From positions 10,699 to 74,698 of the forward strand of contig JBEKIG010000014.1 of NCBI GenBank assembly GCA_050011875.1: 64,000 bases of DNA, read 5' to 3'. Shown in pieces: positions 19,365 through 30,219 of this stretch; the first letter of the stretch is position 1, and each line of letters opens with the position of its first letter. Made by a program: the position numbers and the translations under genes. The notes under the pieces were generated by a model. That model worked only from the letters and a program-made list of their open reading frames with translations. It was not told the DNA's origin and ran no database searches. The stretch is from Nitrososphaeria archaeon (GTDB lineage Archaea; Thermoproteota; Nitrososphaeria; JACIWG01).

Positions 19365-20372
19365 TTGGAGAGAATCGATTTGACTTCTAAATTTGAAAAA
19401 ATAGAAAGGCTAAAGAGCGGAGAAGTAATGGATGAAATACCGGTTAGCTTTTGGAGGCACTTTCCGATAGACGACCTTAGAGGGGAAGCCATCTACAACC
19501 GCCACAAAGAGTATCTAAGGAGATACGATATCGATTTGGTAAAATTTTCTCTAAGCGGCGGCTACATGCTAATCGCCTTTGGATGTGAAGTTGGATATAC
19601 AAACTCAATAGAAGGGGCAGCTAAAGTAACCAAGTTCAGTATTACTAAAAGTGAGGACTGGGAATACCTGAGAGAGCCTTCCATTCACGAAGGAATTCTA
19701 TCCGACATGCTAAGAGGAATTAAAATGTTCGCTAAAGACGTCAAAGGATCAGTCCCATTTATTGTTACAGTTTTTTCACCGCTTACCGTAGCTTATAAGA
19801 TGTCAGGAAATCGATTCCTGAGGGATCTAAGAACGGAACCAAGAAAATTAGATTATGCCCTCCAAAAAATTGCAAACGTCACAAAAGAATTTTCAAATGC
19901 AGCATTAGAGGCCGGTGCTAGTGGTATATTCTTCGCTGAACAGTTAGCTTCCTACGATTTATTAAGCGAAGAGGAGTACAAAAATTTTGGTTCCAAATAT
20001 GATATCGTTTTATTAAAATCTCTTGAGAATCGATCTTTCTTCAATGTCCTCCACATACACGGATCGAACTTGATGTTCGATATGCTTGTCCAAAGCTACC
20101 CAGTTGACGCTGTTAATTGGTATGATAGAGGAACATCTCCATCTCTTGAAGAAGCTTTAGGAAAATTTAAAGGTGTATTGATAGGGGGCTTAAATGAGAA
20201 AGAAACGCTTACAATAATGCCGCCTGAAGCAGTAAGAAAAGAAGTCATTGATGCTATAACCCAGACAGGCAGAAGAAGGCTTATACTTGGACCAGGATGT
20301 GTTGTACCTATGAACGCCGTTGAAGGCAACTTGGATGAAGTAATTAGAACAGCTCGGGAACATGTCAAATGA
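19365..20372 (+). CDS. UroD/MtaA-CmuA superfamily protein
   Basis: PVSFWRHF, TVFSPLT, LHIHG, ILGPGCV. Confidence 0.85.
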   Translation: MERIDLTSKFEKIERLKSGEVMDEIPVSFWRHFPIDDLRGEAIYNRHKEYLRRYDIDLVKFSLSGGYMLIAFGCEVGYTNSIEGAAKVTKFSITKSEDWEYLREPSIHEGILSDMLRGIKMFAKDVKGSVPFIVTVFSPLTVAYKMSGNRFLRDLRTEPRKLDYALQKIANVTKEFSNAALEAGASGIFFAEQLASYDLLSEEEYKNFGSKYDIVLLKSLENRSFFNVLHIHGSNLMFDMLVQSYPVDAVNWYDRGTSPSLEEALGKFKGVLIGGLNEKETLTIMPPEAVRKEVIDAITQTGRRRLILGPGCVVPMNAVEGNLDEVIRTAREHVK

Positions 20373-20454
20373 AAATTCAACCTTTACTGTCAGATCATTT
20401 CATAGGATCCATAAATTTTACTAACAAGTCGAACAACAATCGGATATTGTATCA

Positions 20455-21390
20455 TCAATAATTACAACAAAAGCTAATTATTTCATCGACACTCTTGTAA
20501 ACTCTTTTTGGAAGATCGATCAACATTTCTGAGACATGAATTCTTTTTTGCTTTGTCAGATCCATTACTTTCCAACCTTGATTTCGGATCAGATCTTCCT
20601 TCGATATGGGGAAATCTGTATCTTCAGAAAGAACAGCCTCTAAAGATCTGAGTCCCTGATGTTTGGTCACAGAAGGAAACCTTTTTTCCTTAAGATACAT
20701 GTTTAATCTTGCCGCGTCTTTATACATTCTTACTCCATGAAAGGTTAATATCACCTTTTCGTACTTTCTTTTCTGAGTTTTATCGTATATATTGAGAAGC
20801 TCTTCGTCCGTGAATTGGTACATATTATGTTCACCTTTACCGAAAAGTCTCGAATATATCTGATCAGATTCGTAGAGTGGCATGTCTTTCGAAAGATCGA
20901 TAATATGAATAATGTTGTGTTCCTTCATCAAATCAATCAATGCGCTAGGCAATTGTTTTTGTCTTCGCCTTACTTCCCATGCGAGTCTTATGCTTCCAGG
21001 ATTTAGACTACTTAAGAAATCAGCTATTTTCCTTACCTTATGATCAGAATATTCAAGTGTATCCGGCGTCTCAATAACTATTGTTTCGGATTTCAGCACC
21101 CTACACATCTTTTTAGTGTACTCAAACAGCTTGAAGGTTATCTCATTTGCTTCCATTTCATATTTGTGTGAGACGATCTTGTTTAAACGAACCGAAAATT
21201 CGAAGTTTGGTGGAACCCTCTTCCTCCAAGATTCAACTAATCGAAGAGGAATTGTCCTATAGAACGAAGCATTGACCTCCACAAAATTATAGATTCTTGA
21301 ATATTCTTCAAGTGAATCTCGGCCTGGTATATTAAAATACGCCCAACCCCCTGTCCCTATCAGGTATTCTGCCAACTTAAACAAGCACAT
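20455..21390 (-). CDS. DUF72 (YecE) TIM-barrel protein with C-terminal DUF2795-like extension
   Basis: IGTGGW, VEVNASFY, WEVR; tail FPISKEDL...LPKRVYKSVDEI. Confidence 0.85.
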   Translation of the reverse strand: MCLFKLAEYLIGTGGWAYFNIPGRDSLEEYSRIYNFVEVNASFYRTIPLRLVESWRKRVPPNFEFSVRLNKIVSHKYEMEANEITFKLFEYTKKMCRVLKSETIVIETPDTLEYSDHKVRKIADFLSSLNPGSIRLAWEVRRRQKQLPSALIDLMKEHNIIHIIDLSKDMPLYESDQIYSRLFGKGEHNMYQFTDEELLNIYDKTQKRKYEKVILTFHGVRMYKDAARLNMYLKEKRFPSVTKHQGLRSLEAVLSEDTDFPISKEDLIRNQGWKVMDLTKQKRIHVSEMLIDLPKRVYKSVDEIISFCCNY

Positions 21391-21452
21391 TCAAAACCTT
21401 TCTTAAAACCTTTATTAGCCGTTTACGCAAACAACTTTATCAGGAATAAAGC

Positions 21453-22619
21453 TTGGCAGTTCTATATTTTGGAACCTGCGGGTGGTCATACAAGGAATGG
21501 ATAGGCCCATTTTATGAAAAGAAAGAGAAGATGCTTACCTACTATTCTAGATTGTTCAGGAGCGTTGAGATAGACTCGACGTTCTATCGCTATCCAACAA
21601 AGGAGCAGATTTACGGTTACGATCGCACAGTATCTGGAGATTTTATCTTTACAGCGAAACTACCTAAAGTATTAACTCACGAGAAACTCTTGGATAAAAA
21701 ACTTGGAATAGAACAAGACCTTACAAGATTCTTGGAATTGATGGAGCCTCTTCAGAGCTCAGGGAAATTGGGCGCTATCCTCGTTCAGCTTCCACCCAGC
21801 TTCACTTACGAAAGCAATTTATTTAACTTCAAAGATTTCATTGAGATTTTACCCAAAGGATACGACTTCGCCGTAGAATTTAGAGATCCTTCTTGGCTGA
21901 GAGATGACATTTGGAAACTCCTAAAAGACCATAACGTCGCATACACCATAGTAGATGAGCCGCTTGTTCCACCAGAGGTTCACATAACCGCGGATTTCTC
22001 GTACATACGCTGGCACGGCCGTGGCAAGAAACCATGGTATAATTTCGTATATACAAATGAAGAATTAGAAAGGTGGATACCTAATATCAAGGACGTGAGC
22101 GAAAGGGTTCATACACTTTATGGATATTTTAACAATCATTATCACGGCTATGCCCCTGAGAACTGTATTGATGTACTAGGCATGCTTGAAATGGCTACGC
22201 CAGAACAGCTGCGAATCAAAGAAAAGATTGTGAAATACAATGCTGGCAATCATCCTGCAGAATCTGTAGAAACACTTGAAGATTTCAGCATTAATTCAAG
22301 TAAATTGACCGTGGAGACTCTTCTGCTCCAATTAACTGATTATGTTCGTGTAGAGCGTGCGCGTACAATGAAAAATGAAGAATTAAGTTTTAAAGAAGAG
22401 AAGGATGACACTATTATCGCGAACATTCGTGGATATTCCATCAGTATAAACACGTCAGCAAATGTTATTTTACATGATTGCGAAGATTGGAAGAAAGGCT
22501 TAAATGATAAACGTCTATGTAAGCACGTTATTAAATTCTTTCTCATGTTACCGAAGGAACGGTCTATTCAGATCCTTACAAATATAATCAACAATAAGAA
22601 CCAGTGGGAATTTAAATAA
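21453..22619 (+). CDS. DUF72 protein with C-terminal SWIM-like zinc finger
   Basis: GTCGWSY, VEIDSTFY, QLPPSF, AVEFRD, YIRWHGR, YFNNH; tail HDCEDW...LCKH. Confidence 0.9.
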   Translation: MAVLYFGTCGWSYKEWIGPFYEKKEKMLTYYSRLFRSVEIDSTFYRYPTKEQIYGYDRTVSGDFIFTAKLPKVLTHEKLLDKKLGIEQDLTRFLELMEPLQSSGKLGAILVQLPPSFTYESNLFNFKDFIEILPKGYDFAVEFRDPSWLRDDIWKLLKDHNVAYTIVDEPLVPPEVHITADFSYIRWHGRGKKPWYNFVYTNEELERWIPNIKDVSERVHTLYGYFNNHYHGYAPENCIDVLGMLEMATPEQLRIKEKIVKYNAGNHPAESVETLEDFSINSSKLTVETLLLQLTDYVRVERARTMKNEELSFKEEKDDTIIANIRGYSISINTSANVILHDCEDWKKGLNDKRLCKHVIKFFLMLPKERSIQILTNIINNKNQWEFK

Positions 22620-22793
22620 CACCAAACTAAGATCCAACTTGATTTGCTCTTTTTTCAAAAAAATGTTCGGTGTTGTCTTTTGCTTTTTATCAAACAACTG
22701 CATAAACAACTCCATTTTTAGTAATTTAAAAAGTGGGACTATAAAAAAATTTGTATACATCCTCTAATAAGGTTTATTGAGCGATAACAGATC

Positions 22794-23471
22794 TTGTGGC
22801 TTGACATAGACCCAAATCTTAAAGAAGAGTTTCCAGGATTAAAGGCTTACAAGGTTAGAATAATGAACGTGAGAACAGAAAACAAAGAGCCATCGGTTAC
22901 ACGAGGACTCGATGAATTGTTAAACTACGTTGAAAGAGATGTCAAGCAAAAATACACTCTTGAGAATCTAAAGGACTTTGCAATAATCAGATCTTACAGA
23001 GATTTCTTTTGGCGTGTCGGAATAGATCCCACTAAAATTAGACCGGCATCTGAAGCACTTATAAGAAGAATTTTATCCGACAAACCTTTTCCACGCATTA
23101 ACAACCTAGTCGATTCATATAATCTAGCTTCAGTGGTCAGCAGTGTTCCAATCGCGGCCTTTGATATGGATAAATTAGTGGGAAACCTACAGATGAGAAA
23201 GTCTAGAAGTGAAGAAATATTTCTAGGGATTGGAATGGTTGAAGCTCAGAAATTGACTGGCGCAGAAGTTGTAGTTTCAGATTCAGAGAAGTTGATCGCT
23301 ATTTACCCTTATAGAGATGCCGCTATGTCACGAATTACAGCGACAACAAAAAACGTTCTCTTACTTATTTGCGGTGTCCCAAACGTTGACGACAGAATAT
23401 TGGATGAATCAAAAAGAATCACAATAGAGCTCGTCACAAGATTTTGTGGCGGTATAGCTATATACGAATAA
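22794..23471 (+). CDS. Stand-alone B3/4 (PheRS beta-like) tRNA-editing domain protein
   Basis: YRDFFWRVGIDPTKIRPASEALIRR, INNLVDSYN. Confidence 0.9.
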   Translation: MWLDIDPNLKEEFPGLKAYKVRIMNVRTENKEPSVTRGLDELLNYVERDVKQKYTLENLKDFAIIRSYRDFFWRVGIDPTKIRPASEALIRRILSDKPFPRINNLVDSYNLASVVSSVPIAAFDMDKLVGNLQMRKSRSEEIFLGIGMVEAQKLTGAEVVVSDSEKLIAIYPYRDAAMSRITATTKNVLLLICGVPNVDDRILDESKRITIELVTRFCGGIAIYE

Positions 23472-23704
23472 CATTCTTTGAAATCATTTTTTAATTCTAA
23501 AACACTAAAGTAAGAAATTGATGATTTGAATATTATTAATAACTTATGGAAAAGATTTCGTCTAATCAACATCTGATAACGTGGTGGAAGTTTTTTAGAA
23601 GCGATAACTCTTGAAAGAGGACCTTTTCATCATTCTCTTAAGTAAAGGTCAATCTAAACTTTATTAAAGTCTATGTCACACTAAATAAATGGAGGAAGAT
23701 AGTA

Positions 23705-24505
23705 TTGTTTAAGAGAAATTGGAGAGATATTGAGCCCATATCTGAATATGATAACAATTGTCATGTGAGGTATTATTTCAGGAGGAAGGATATGTTATCT
23801 TCAATAGGTGGTTACAAAATCACCGAATATCTTGAGTGGGTCAGGCACGTCACAATACCTTTTGGTAAAAAACTTCCATATCAAAGAAAGAACATGGAGG
23901 AAATCCTTTACGTGCTACAGGGGGAAGGTATCTTACAAGTAGGAAACACAAAGAATGAAATCAAAGCAGAGGATGCAGTCTATATCCCAACGGAAACTCC
24001 CTATGCGATTTATCCTACTGTCGAGAGTCAACCGATAATTTACATGAACTATGGTATACGAACACCACCCGATGCCTTAGAGGTTAAGATAAAGTCAATG
24101 CAGTACGATGAGAAAGTTGAATCAAACATAAGAATAGAAAGATGGATGTCTAAAAAGCCATCTCAGAGCCATAATGGAACATGCACGACATATTCTCTAT
24201 TTACGCGTGATATGATGAAGTACCTCCTCTTTGGAACGATGATGTCAGTTCCAGGAGTCCTGGGCTACCACAGACATAACTCTGAAGCAATATATTTTAT
24301 ATCATCAGGTTTAGGATATGCCAAAGTCGGCGGAGAGGAACTTCCAATTAGAGACGGAGATGCTGTATACATTAACCCTTGTTTTGCACATATGTGCAGA
24401 ACCTCCCTTAAAGGACAACCACTTAATGTATTCTGCCAAGGTGTTGCTGTTCCATTCGATGCAAAACTTTGGACGATAGAGGATTTACCGGACCTGCAAA
24501 TATAG
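23705..24505 (+). CDS. Bicupin protein
   Basis: Two cupin repeats (EEILYVLQGEG..DAVYIP; HRHNSEAIY..GDAVYIN...H). Confidence 0.85.
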   Translation: MFKRNWRDIEPISEYDNNCHVRYYFRRKDMLSSIGGYKITEYLEWVRHVTIPFGKKLPYQRKNMEEILYVLQGEGILQVGNTKNEIKAEDAVYIPTETPYAIYPTVESQPIIYMNYGIRTPPDALEVKIKSMQYDEKVESNIRIERWMSKKPSQSHNGTCTTYSLFTRDMMKYLLFGTMMSVPGVLGYHRHNSEAIYFISSGLGYAKVGGEELPIRDGDAVYINPCFAHMCRTSLKGQPLNVFCQGVAVPFDAKLWTIEDLPDLQI

Positions 24506-24739
24506 AATCCCAGTTATATTACGTTTTCTTAACTGGAATGATGTTCAAACTTAATTGGATTTATATTCGTCTAATAGCATGGTATTTGGATAAAAAATAT
24601 TCGTGTAAGAAAGTACTCTCAACTTTTGATTTGTTTTAAATCCAAATTACTTACTAAATAACGATATAATATATGGTAATATAGAAGGAACCTTATAATA
24701 GTATTCCCCATACTCTGAGCAAAGTTTGGAATTTCTTAG

Positions 24740-25930
24740 CTATATTTCCCCCTTATACATCCATTGAAGTATCTTTAACACATCATCTTTGTTCATGTCT
24801 ATTGGACTATTTGGTCTAGGGAAGTTGAGGAGAACATCTTCTGCCATTTTAGGTAAATTTTCTTGAGTGATTCCAAAATCCTTAAGCGAAGCGGGGATAT
24901 TGATGTCATCCGCCAGCGTTTTCACAGCCTTCACCGACTTAAGGGCAGCTTCCCTATTGGCCAGATGCACGGCACCTGAATCATTTTCAAAAGCTATCTG
25001 CGCTAGCTTATCACATGCCGCCGGAATATAAAATTTCATAACATAAGGAAGGGTTATCGCATTCGATATGCCATGCGGAACCTTGTATGCTGGTCCAAAG
25101 GTTTGTGAAATAGAATGCCCAATAACCATTTTAGCATTACATAAAGGTACGCCAGCAATAGTGGCTGCAAGAGACATGTTATATCTTGCCTCTACATCAT
25201 TGGGCTTAAAGTAGGCTCGCCTTAGGTATGTTAAAACAAGTTTTATTGCCAGAAAAGCGAAAGCATCCGTTAACGGATTTGCTTCAGTAGATATTAAAGA
25301 TTCTACCGCGTGCGCAAGGGCGTCCATACCCGAACCTGCTGTAGTATTAGGAGGCATACTAATTGTTAGCATCGGGTCTACAAGTGCTACATCTGGTATG
25401 ATGTTCGGGCTTCCACAGGTCCTTTTTTTGTTGTCAAATGTAAAGACGGCGAATTGTGATACTTCACTTCCTGTACCCGCCGTTGTTGGAACACATATTG
25501 TGGGGATACCGCGTTTTTTAACCAAATTGGGCCCAATATAGTCGCATAGATTACCGGGATTCGTTATGCTTGCAGCTAAGAGTTTCGAAGTATCCATAAC
25601 ACTTCCTCCTCCTATGCCGACAACAATATCGAACCCGCCTTCCCTAGCAAAATGCGACATTTCTTCGAGAACTTCTATTCTTGGTTCAGGCTCGGCACTG
25701 TCTAAAAGATATGGGTCAAAGCCTTCGGCTTTTAAGATATTAACCGCTTTTTCCGGTGCACCCGCTGACTTTACAGATTTATCGGTGACAATTAATATCT
25801 TCGAGCTGCCTCCTAGATATTTAACTTCTTTACCTAGCCTTTCAAGGGATTTCAGACCGATGATGACCTTTCTTGGCATGTGTACTTCGGTGGATTTAAA
25901 CAATAAAGGATACAAAAGTGGAAAACTCAA
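24740..25930 (-). CDS. Iron-containing (group III) alcohol dehydrogenase
   Basis: GGGSVMD, PTTAGTGSEV, DALAHAVE, GHS, PHG. Confidence 0.93.
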   Translation of the reverse strand: MSFPLLYPLLFKSTEVHMPRKVIIGLKSLERLGKEVKYLGGSSKILIVTDKSVKSAGAPEKAVNILKAEGFDPYLLDSAEPEPRIEVLEEMSHFAREGGFDIVVGIGGGSVMDTSKLLAASITNPGNLCDYIGPNLVKKRGIPTICVPTTAGTGSEVSQFAVFTFDNKKRTCGSPNIIPDVALVDPMLTISMPPNTTAGSGMDALAHAVESLISTEANPLTDAFAFLAIKLVLTYLRRAYFKPNDVEARYNMSLAATIAGVPLCNAKMVIGHSISQTFGPAYKVPHGISNAITLPYVMKFYIPAACDKLAQIAFENDSGAVHLANREAALKSVKAVKTLADDINIPASLKDFGITQENLPKMAEDVLLNFPRPNSPIDMNKDDVLKILQWMYKGEI

Positions 25931-26035
25931 ACAAACACCCCAAAAATCAATATTTGAATAATATATTTAAATATTTTGCTTGGGACAAAATCATCTGTTT
26001 ATGACCTTTAAACCCTTCTACAATTATACAAGGCG

Positions 26036-27358
26036 CTAACTTCTGTAGCCGCCATATCCCTTAACAGTTTCGAATGCTGCCATAATGTTTTGGGGAGGAA
26101 CATTTGACATAATATTGTGGACAGCTGCGAAGATGAACCCTCCACCTGGTGCAAATGCTTCAATGTTCATCCTAACATTTTTTGATACTTCCTGTGGCGA
26201 TCCGAATCCAAGCACCTTTTGGGTATCAACTCCACCCCCCCAAAATGATAATTCATCTCCAAATTCTCTTTTTAATTTCTTGGGTTCCATATCTTTGGCG
26301 GATATCTGAACCGGGTTAATTATGTCTACACCAGCATCTATTATATCAGGCAGCAGGGAATACAAGGAACCGCACGAATGTAAGAACAGGTACAAGTCTG
26401 ATTTACTTTTTACATATCTGTACAGTTCCTTTTGGTAAGGTTTTATCATTTCACGATAAACCTGTGGTGAGATCAAGGGGCCTCCCTGTTGACCTAGATC
26501 GTCACCGAAAACAGCGATTTGAATAAAATCCTTTACAGAATCTAGCCAAACTTTCAGGTTCAGCTTGAAATATTCAATTAGCTTATCATTTAAATAGATT
26601 ATCAGATCTTTCCTACGAATAAGATCGACTAAATAGTTTTTGTATCCCAACAGGTACTCTCCTGTTTCAAGAAAGTTGCCCCCAAATCCGCCAAGTATCG
26701 CATACGATGTATTTGCGTTCAAATATTTTGATCTTGTTCTAAGCTCAGAAGCGTCTTCTTCTGTTAGGAGCGGCGGCCAATTTATTTTCGGATCGTATGA
26801 GCTTTCAAAAAAAACGTCTACATCCTTCTTAGAATCAGCCTTCTCAAGAGGATGGTAGACGTCATCGAAGTATAAGCTTCCCTGGGGCATAATGAGCCTA
26901 ATCATATTTCCCTCTTTGAGAGACCAACCTTTTTCGCTATCTTTAATCAATCTAACTTTACCCTTTAACTTCGATGAGCCTGCAACAGTTATAGCTGTTG
27001 CTGAAGCAGAAAACGTGGAAGGGACTTTTCCTTGAGACCCATCGGGTAAAACCCATGGCTCCCAATCTATATCTGATGGCGCGGCAGGAGGCAGCGTCCT
27101 ACTCATATCTACTGCATCAACCTGCAACAGGTTCAGAATGGTTTCTTCGGGTTCAGCGAGTTGTTGAGCGATATCATATATCCTTGTTTCTCCCACTTCA
27201 ATTCCAAGATAATCTTTAAGTCTATTATAAGCAATACCCATAATACCACTAGAACGCATTCCACCCAAATCAACCGGAACCCTGTCAGGTTCTGCATGTC
27301 TAAGTGAAAGAAGTACTCTTTCTCTAGAATTCATTAAATGCACTTTTTCCCTCCCCAT
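26036..27358 (-). CDS. UroD/MtaA-CmuA superfamily protein (likely start 27334)
   Basis: SRERV..EPDRVP, GDDLG, FLHSCG, INPVQ, FWGGGVDTQ, GGFIF..HNI. Confidence 0.88.
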   Translation of the reverse strand: MGREKVHLMNSRERVLLSLRHAEPDRVPVDLGGMRSSGIMGIAYNRLKDYLGIEVGETRIYDIAQQLAEPEETILNLLQVDAVDMSRTLPPAAPSDIDWEPWVLPDGSQGKVPSTFSASATAITVAGSSKLKGKVRLIKDSEKGWSLKEGNMIRLIMPQGSLYFDDVYHPLEKADSKKDVDVFFESSYDPKINWPPLLTEEDASELRTRSKYLNANTSYAILGGFGGNFLETGEYLLGYKNYLVDLIRRKDLIIYLNDKLIEYFKLNLKVWLDSVKDFIQIAVFGDDLGQQGGPLISPQVYREMIKPYQKELYRYVKSKSDLYLFLHSCGSLYSLLPDIIDAGVDIINPVQISAKDMEPKKLKREFGDELSFWGGGVDTQKVLGFGSPQEVSKNVRMNIEAFAPGGGFIFAAVHNIMSNVPPQNIMAAFETVKGYGGYRS

Positions 27359-27410
27359 TTAATATGTGTTTCTAAATGGATAGCGAGAAAGAAGGAGTAT
27401 TTTCTCAGAC

Positions 27411-28625
27411 CTATTTTATAGTCAAAGCCTTTCTTAGAACGTTAAGATAATGGAGATAATTACTGAATGAGACATCATACGGAACTTTGTGGTCTACACT
27501 GGCTATAAAACCTCCCTCTTCGACAAGTGGAAGAACTCTTTTCTTAACTTCTTTATCTATTGATGCACCACCTTTTATTAGCGCCCTTTTGTCTACGCCT
27601 CCTATGATCGATAATTTACGCCCAAATTCTTCCCTAATTTTAACGGGATCCATGAATGAGGCTATCTCCAGAGGGGTCAAACAATTTACGCCCCCTTCGA
27701 TCATCAATGGTATAAGCTTCCTGCAATCGCCGTCACTGTCAACCATTATGATTTCCACACCATGTTCCCTCAAAAAGTGAATTATTTTTTTGTAGTGTGG
27801 TAAGATATATTCTTCAAAAAGTTTGGGGGATATAAGTGGACCGTTTATATAGCACATGTCTTCCCAAATATACGCATAATCAAACTTTATCAAACGAAGT
27901 GGTTCGCTTAAGGTTTCAATAACAAAATCTTCCCAGAAGTCGAGTATCTTGTGAACAAAACCCTTTTCAATGTACATGAACTTGACCAGCCTCTCCAGAC
28001 CGAGGAAACTGCGCGGTTGTCCAAAGAAACCTGGAATGGTTATTGCTAAAAGCGCATCTGAGTTTTTTAAATTTGAAAAAAGCTCCTTACCCCAATTCTT
28101 AGGATACCTTACGATATCATGTGGTCTGTACCTTTTCTTTATCTGTTCAAAATCTTCCTTATTTTTTATAGGGAACTCTATCCATCCTGGTATCGAGACG
28201 TCTGTCAACAACGTTTTTTTTACAATTCCTGCTTCATCAACCTCGATTCTATACCTCTCGTTTTCTTCTAACGTCTTTCTAGTGAACCTTGGTATCGGAC
28301 CGAAATCTATATCAAATGCATTGCATGCATGATAACATCTATCGAATTTGAGATATTCTGAAATCCCCTTAAAATATGATGAGACCCCCACCGTAACGTA
28401 AAACGGAGCAACTTTACCCTCTCCGTCGTTCCGAACAGTAAAAGGTAAGCCTTGGGAATACCATTTATTAATAGTCTCCGGCCAAAATCCCAAAAATTCT
28501 GCAAATACAGGCCTGTCAGTTTTTTGGAACTTTAGGGTACGAATAAAGCGTTCCTTATCAATCATTATTTTGTAAGCTCCTTTTTTAAATAATATAAAGT
28601 TTTTTCCAACAATGTACAAATACAT
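27411..28625 (-). CDS. UroD/MtaA-CmuA superfamily protein (likely start 28565)
   Basis: DRP..EF.GFW, WEDM, VDSDG, GGVDKR, GGFIASVDH. Confidence 0.86.
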   Translation of the reverse strand: MYLYIVGKNFILFKKGAYKIMIDKERFIRTLKFQKTDRPVFAEFLGFWPETINKWYSQGLPFTVRNDGEGKVAPFYVTVGVSSYFKGISEYLKFDRCYHACNAFDIDFGPIPRFTRKTLEENERYRIEVDEAGIVKKTLLTDVSIPGWIEFPIKNKEDFEQIKKRYRPHDIVRYPKNWGKELFSNLKNSDALLAITIPGFFGQPRSFLGLERLVKFMYIEKGFVHKILDFWEDFVIETLSEPLRLIKFDYAYIWEDMCYINGPLISPKLFEEYILPHYKKIIHFLREHGVEIIMVDSDGDCRKLIPLMIEGGVNCLTPLEIASFMDPVKIREEFGRKLSIIGGVDKRALIKGGASIDKEVKKRVLPLVEEGGFIASVDHKVPYDVSFSNYLHYLNVLRKALTIK

Positions 28626-28775
28626 TGATCTTTTTCACTTATAAAAAATTTTTTTATTTAGATAAGATGTTACAGATTTGATTAAAAATGTACTAATTCG
28701 CTACCAGACGTTATCGTACACGTTTAGAAAAGGTTTTATTGGGGGAATTAAAAATCAAACAAATGGTGTTTTAGT

Positions 28776-29711
28776 TTGAAATTTCTTTTTAAAATAGCTA
28801 AAGAGCGTGGTAAAGATGTTGAAGGAGATTTTATAGCACTTTCAAAGAAGAAAGAGCATGTCGAATTCGATACAAGCTTGCATACCTCAACATTGACCAA
28901 AGGTAGAGAAGTTATTTTCCATCTTAAACCAAAAGATGGCCCATTAATGGCAAAGCTAGGCACATTTCTTGAAGAGAATAAACTACATCAGGGATATATA
29001 ACTTGTGACAACGGAATTCTAAATGACATGAAATGCGCTTTCTTCCTCACAAAGCATAAACCTTCACCAACATTTGGCAAAGCATACTTTGCAGGGGAAA
29101 ATAAGATTACTAGCATATCAGGATTTTTTCTAATTATACCTAGCTCAAAAGAAGACAAGCGGTTCTTTAAAACAGTACCCCATCTCCATGTTGTTTTCCA
29201 GAATACAAGAACAAGAAAGACCTTTAGTGGACACCTAGATGATGCAGAATCAGGCAACATTGAGCTTAAAATTATGCCACTATCAGGTAAGACGATGAGG
29301 AGAGAAACTGATCCAAATACAGGAGGCATGTACCTTAGAGCAGAAAAAAGAGAAGATTTTAAGCCAAAGGTTGGAGACACTATCCTTTTTGCATTTGGCC
29401 CCGAAGAAGACTTCCCAAATACACTTTTCAAAAGGATGTCATCTTATCAGATCAGAAAAGCAAAGTATTCTTTCGCCATTGGTACTCTTTGGTCCATACG
29501 TCTTGAAGGCTATGAAAAAAAGAGCAACATAACGCCAAAAGACGGACTGGAACTGTCACTCACAAGTGGTGAAGTATCATTCGAAAAAGGGAAATATTCC
29601 CACAACACTAACGTTCAATTAACAGACAGATTTGGCAGACAATATGAAGGCCAACTCGTTAGTGGCAAGGTTAAAGATATTCTAGAAGGTGCGATTGAAG
29701 TCATCTCTTAG
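28776..29711 (+). CDS. Tandem PPC (DUF296)-like domain protein
   Basis: PHLHVVF..FSGHL in the first repeat; degenerate second repeat (AIGTL..LELSLTSG..YEGQL). Confidence 0.65.
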   Translation: MKFLFKIAKERGKDVEGDFIALSKKKEHVEFDTSLHTSTLTKGREVIFHLKPKDGPLMAKLGTFLEENKLHQGYITCDNGILNDMKCAFFLTKHKPSPTFGKAYFAGENKITSISGFFLIIPSSKEDKRFFKTVPHLHVVFQNTRTRKTFSGHLDDAESGNIELKIMPLSGKTMRRETDPNTGGMYLRAEKREDFKPKVGDTILFAFGPEEDFPNTLFKRMSSYQIRKAKYSFAIGTLWSIRLEGYEKKSNITPKDGLELSLTSGEVSFEKGKYSHNTNVQLTDRFGRQYEGQLVSGKVKDILEGAIEVIS

Positions 29712-29876
29712 AATGCGGAATCCAATGATAGAAAGTACGTATAACCGCTATAATTAAAATTATTCTCGTTAATTACAAAATCTTACAATACATTTTAAAG
29801 ATATAAGAGTACGATACTAGATCATTTTAATGTATACATCTATATAGTAAAAGGCTGTTGACACTTATCATTACGA

Positions 29877-30089
29877 TCAAAGTGTAGTAGACTTTCTTCT
29901 CGGCCACCACCACATATGCATGACTGATAAAAATCCAGCAACAACAAAAAATATGGATACTCCATATTGCTGCACATTAACAGTGGACTGTCCGATTGCG
30001 TTAAGGAGCATAAATATTGCTATTATGAACATCCCAAGGAACATCAACGATCCGAGCGCTTTGGTTATAATGGTAGATATACGCATCAA
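29877..30089 (-). CDS. Small two-TM membrane protein
   Basis: Two hydrophobic segments and a basic C-terminal tail. Confidence 0.6.
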   Translation of the reverse strand: MMRISTIITKALGSLMFLGMFIIAIFMLLNAIGQSTVNVQQYGVSIFFVVAGFLSVMHMWWWPRRKSTTL

Positions 30090-30219
30090 TTACCACTATA
30101 AAAGAATAGAATTATTATGATTTAAATGTTTCGTTGACTTGAAACCATTTTATTAGACACAGATAAAACATTCTCGACCTTTTATTTATATTTTCTAATC
30201 AAAGAAACGGACTTTTATA

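Noticed and set aside
23518-23576. C/D-box sRNA candidate (TTGATGA...CTGA, 59 nt)
   Set aside because: Imperfect C box, no convincing D'/C' boxes, very AT-rich guide regions
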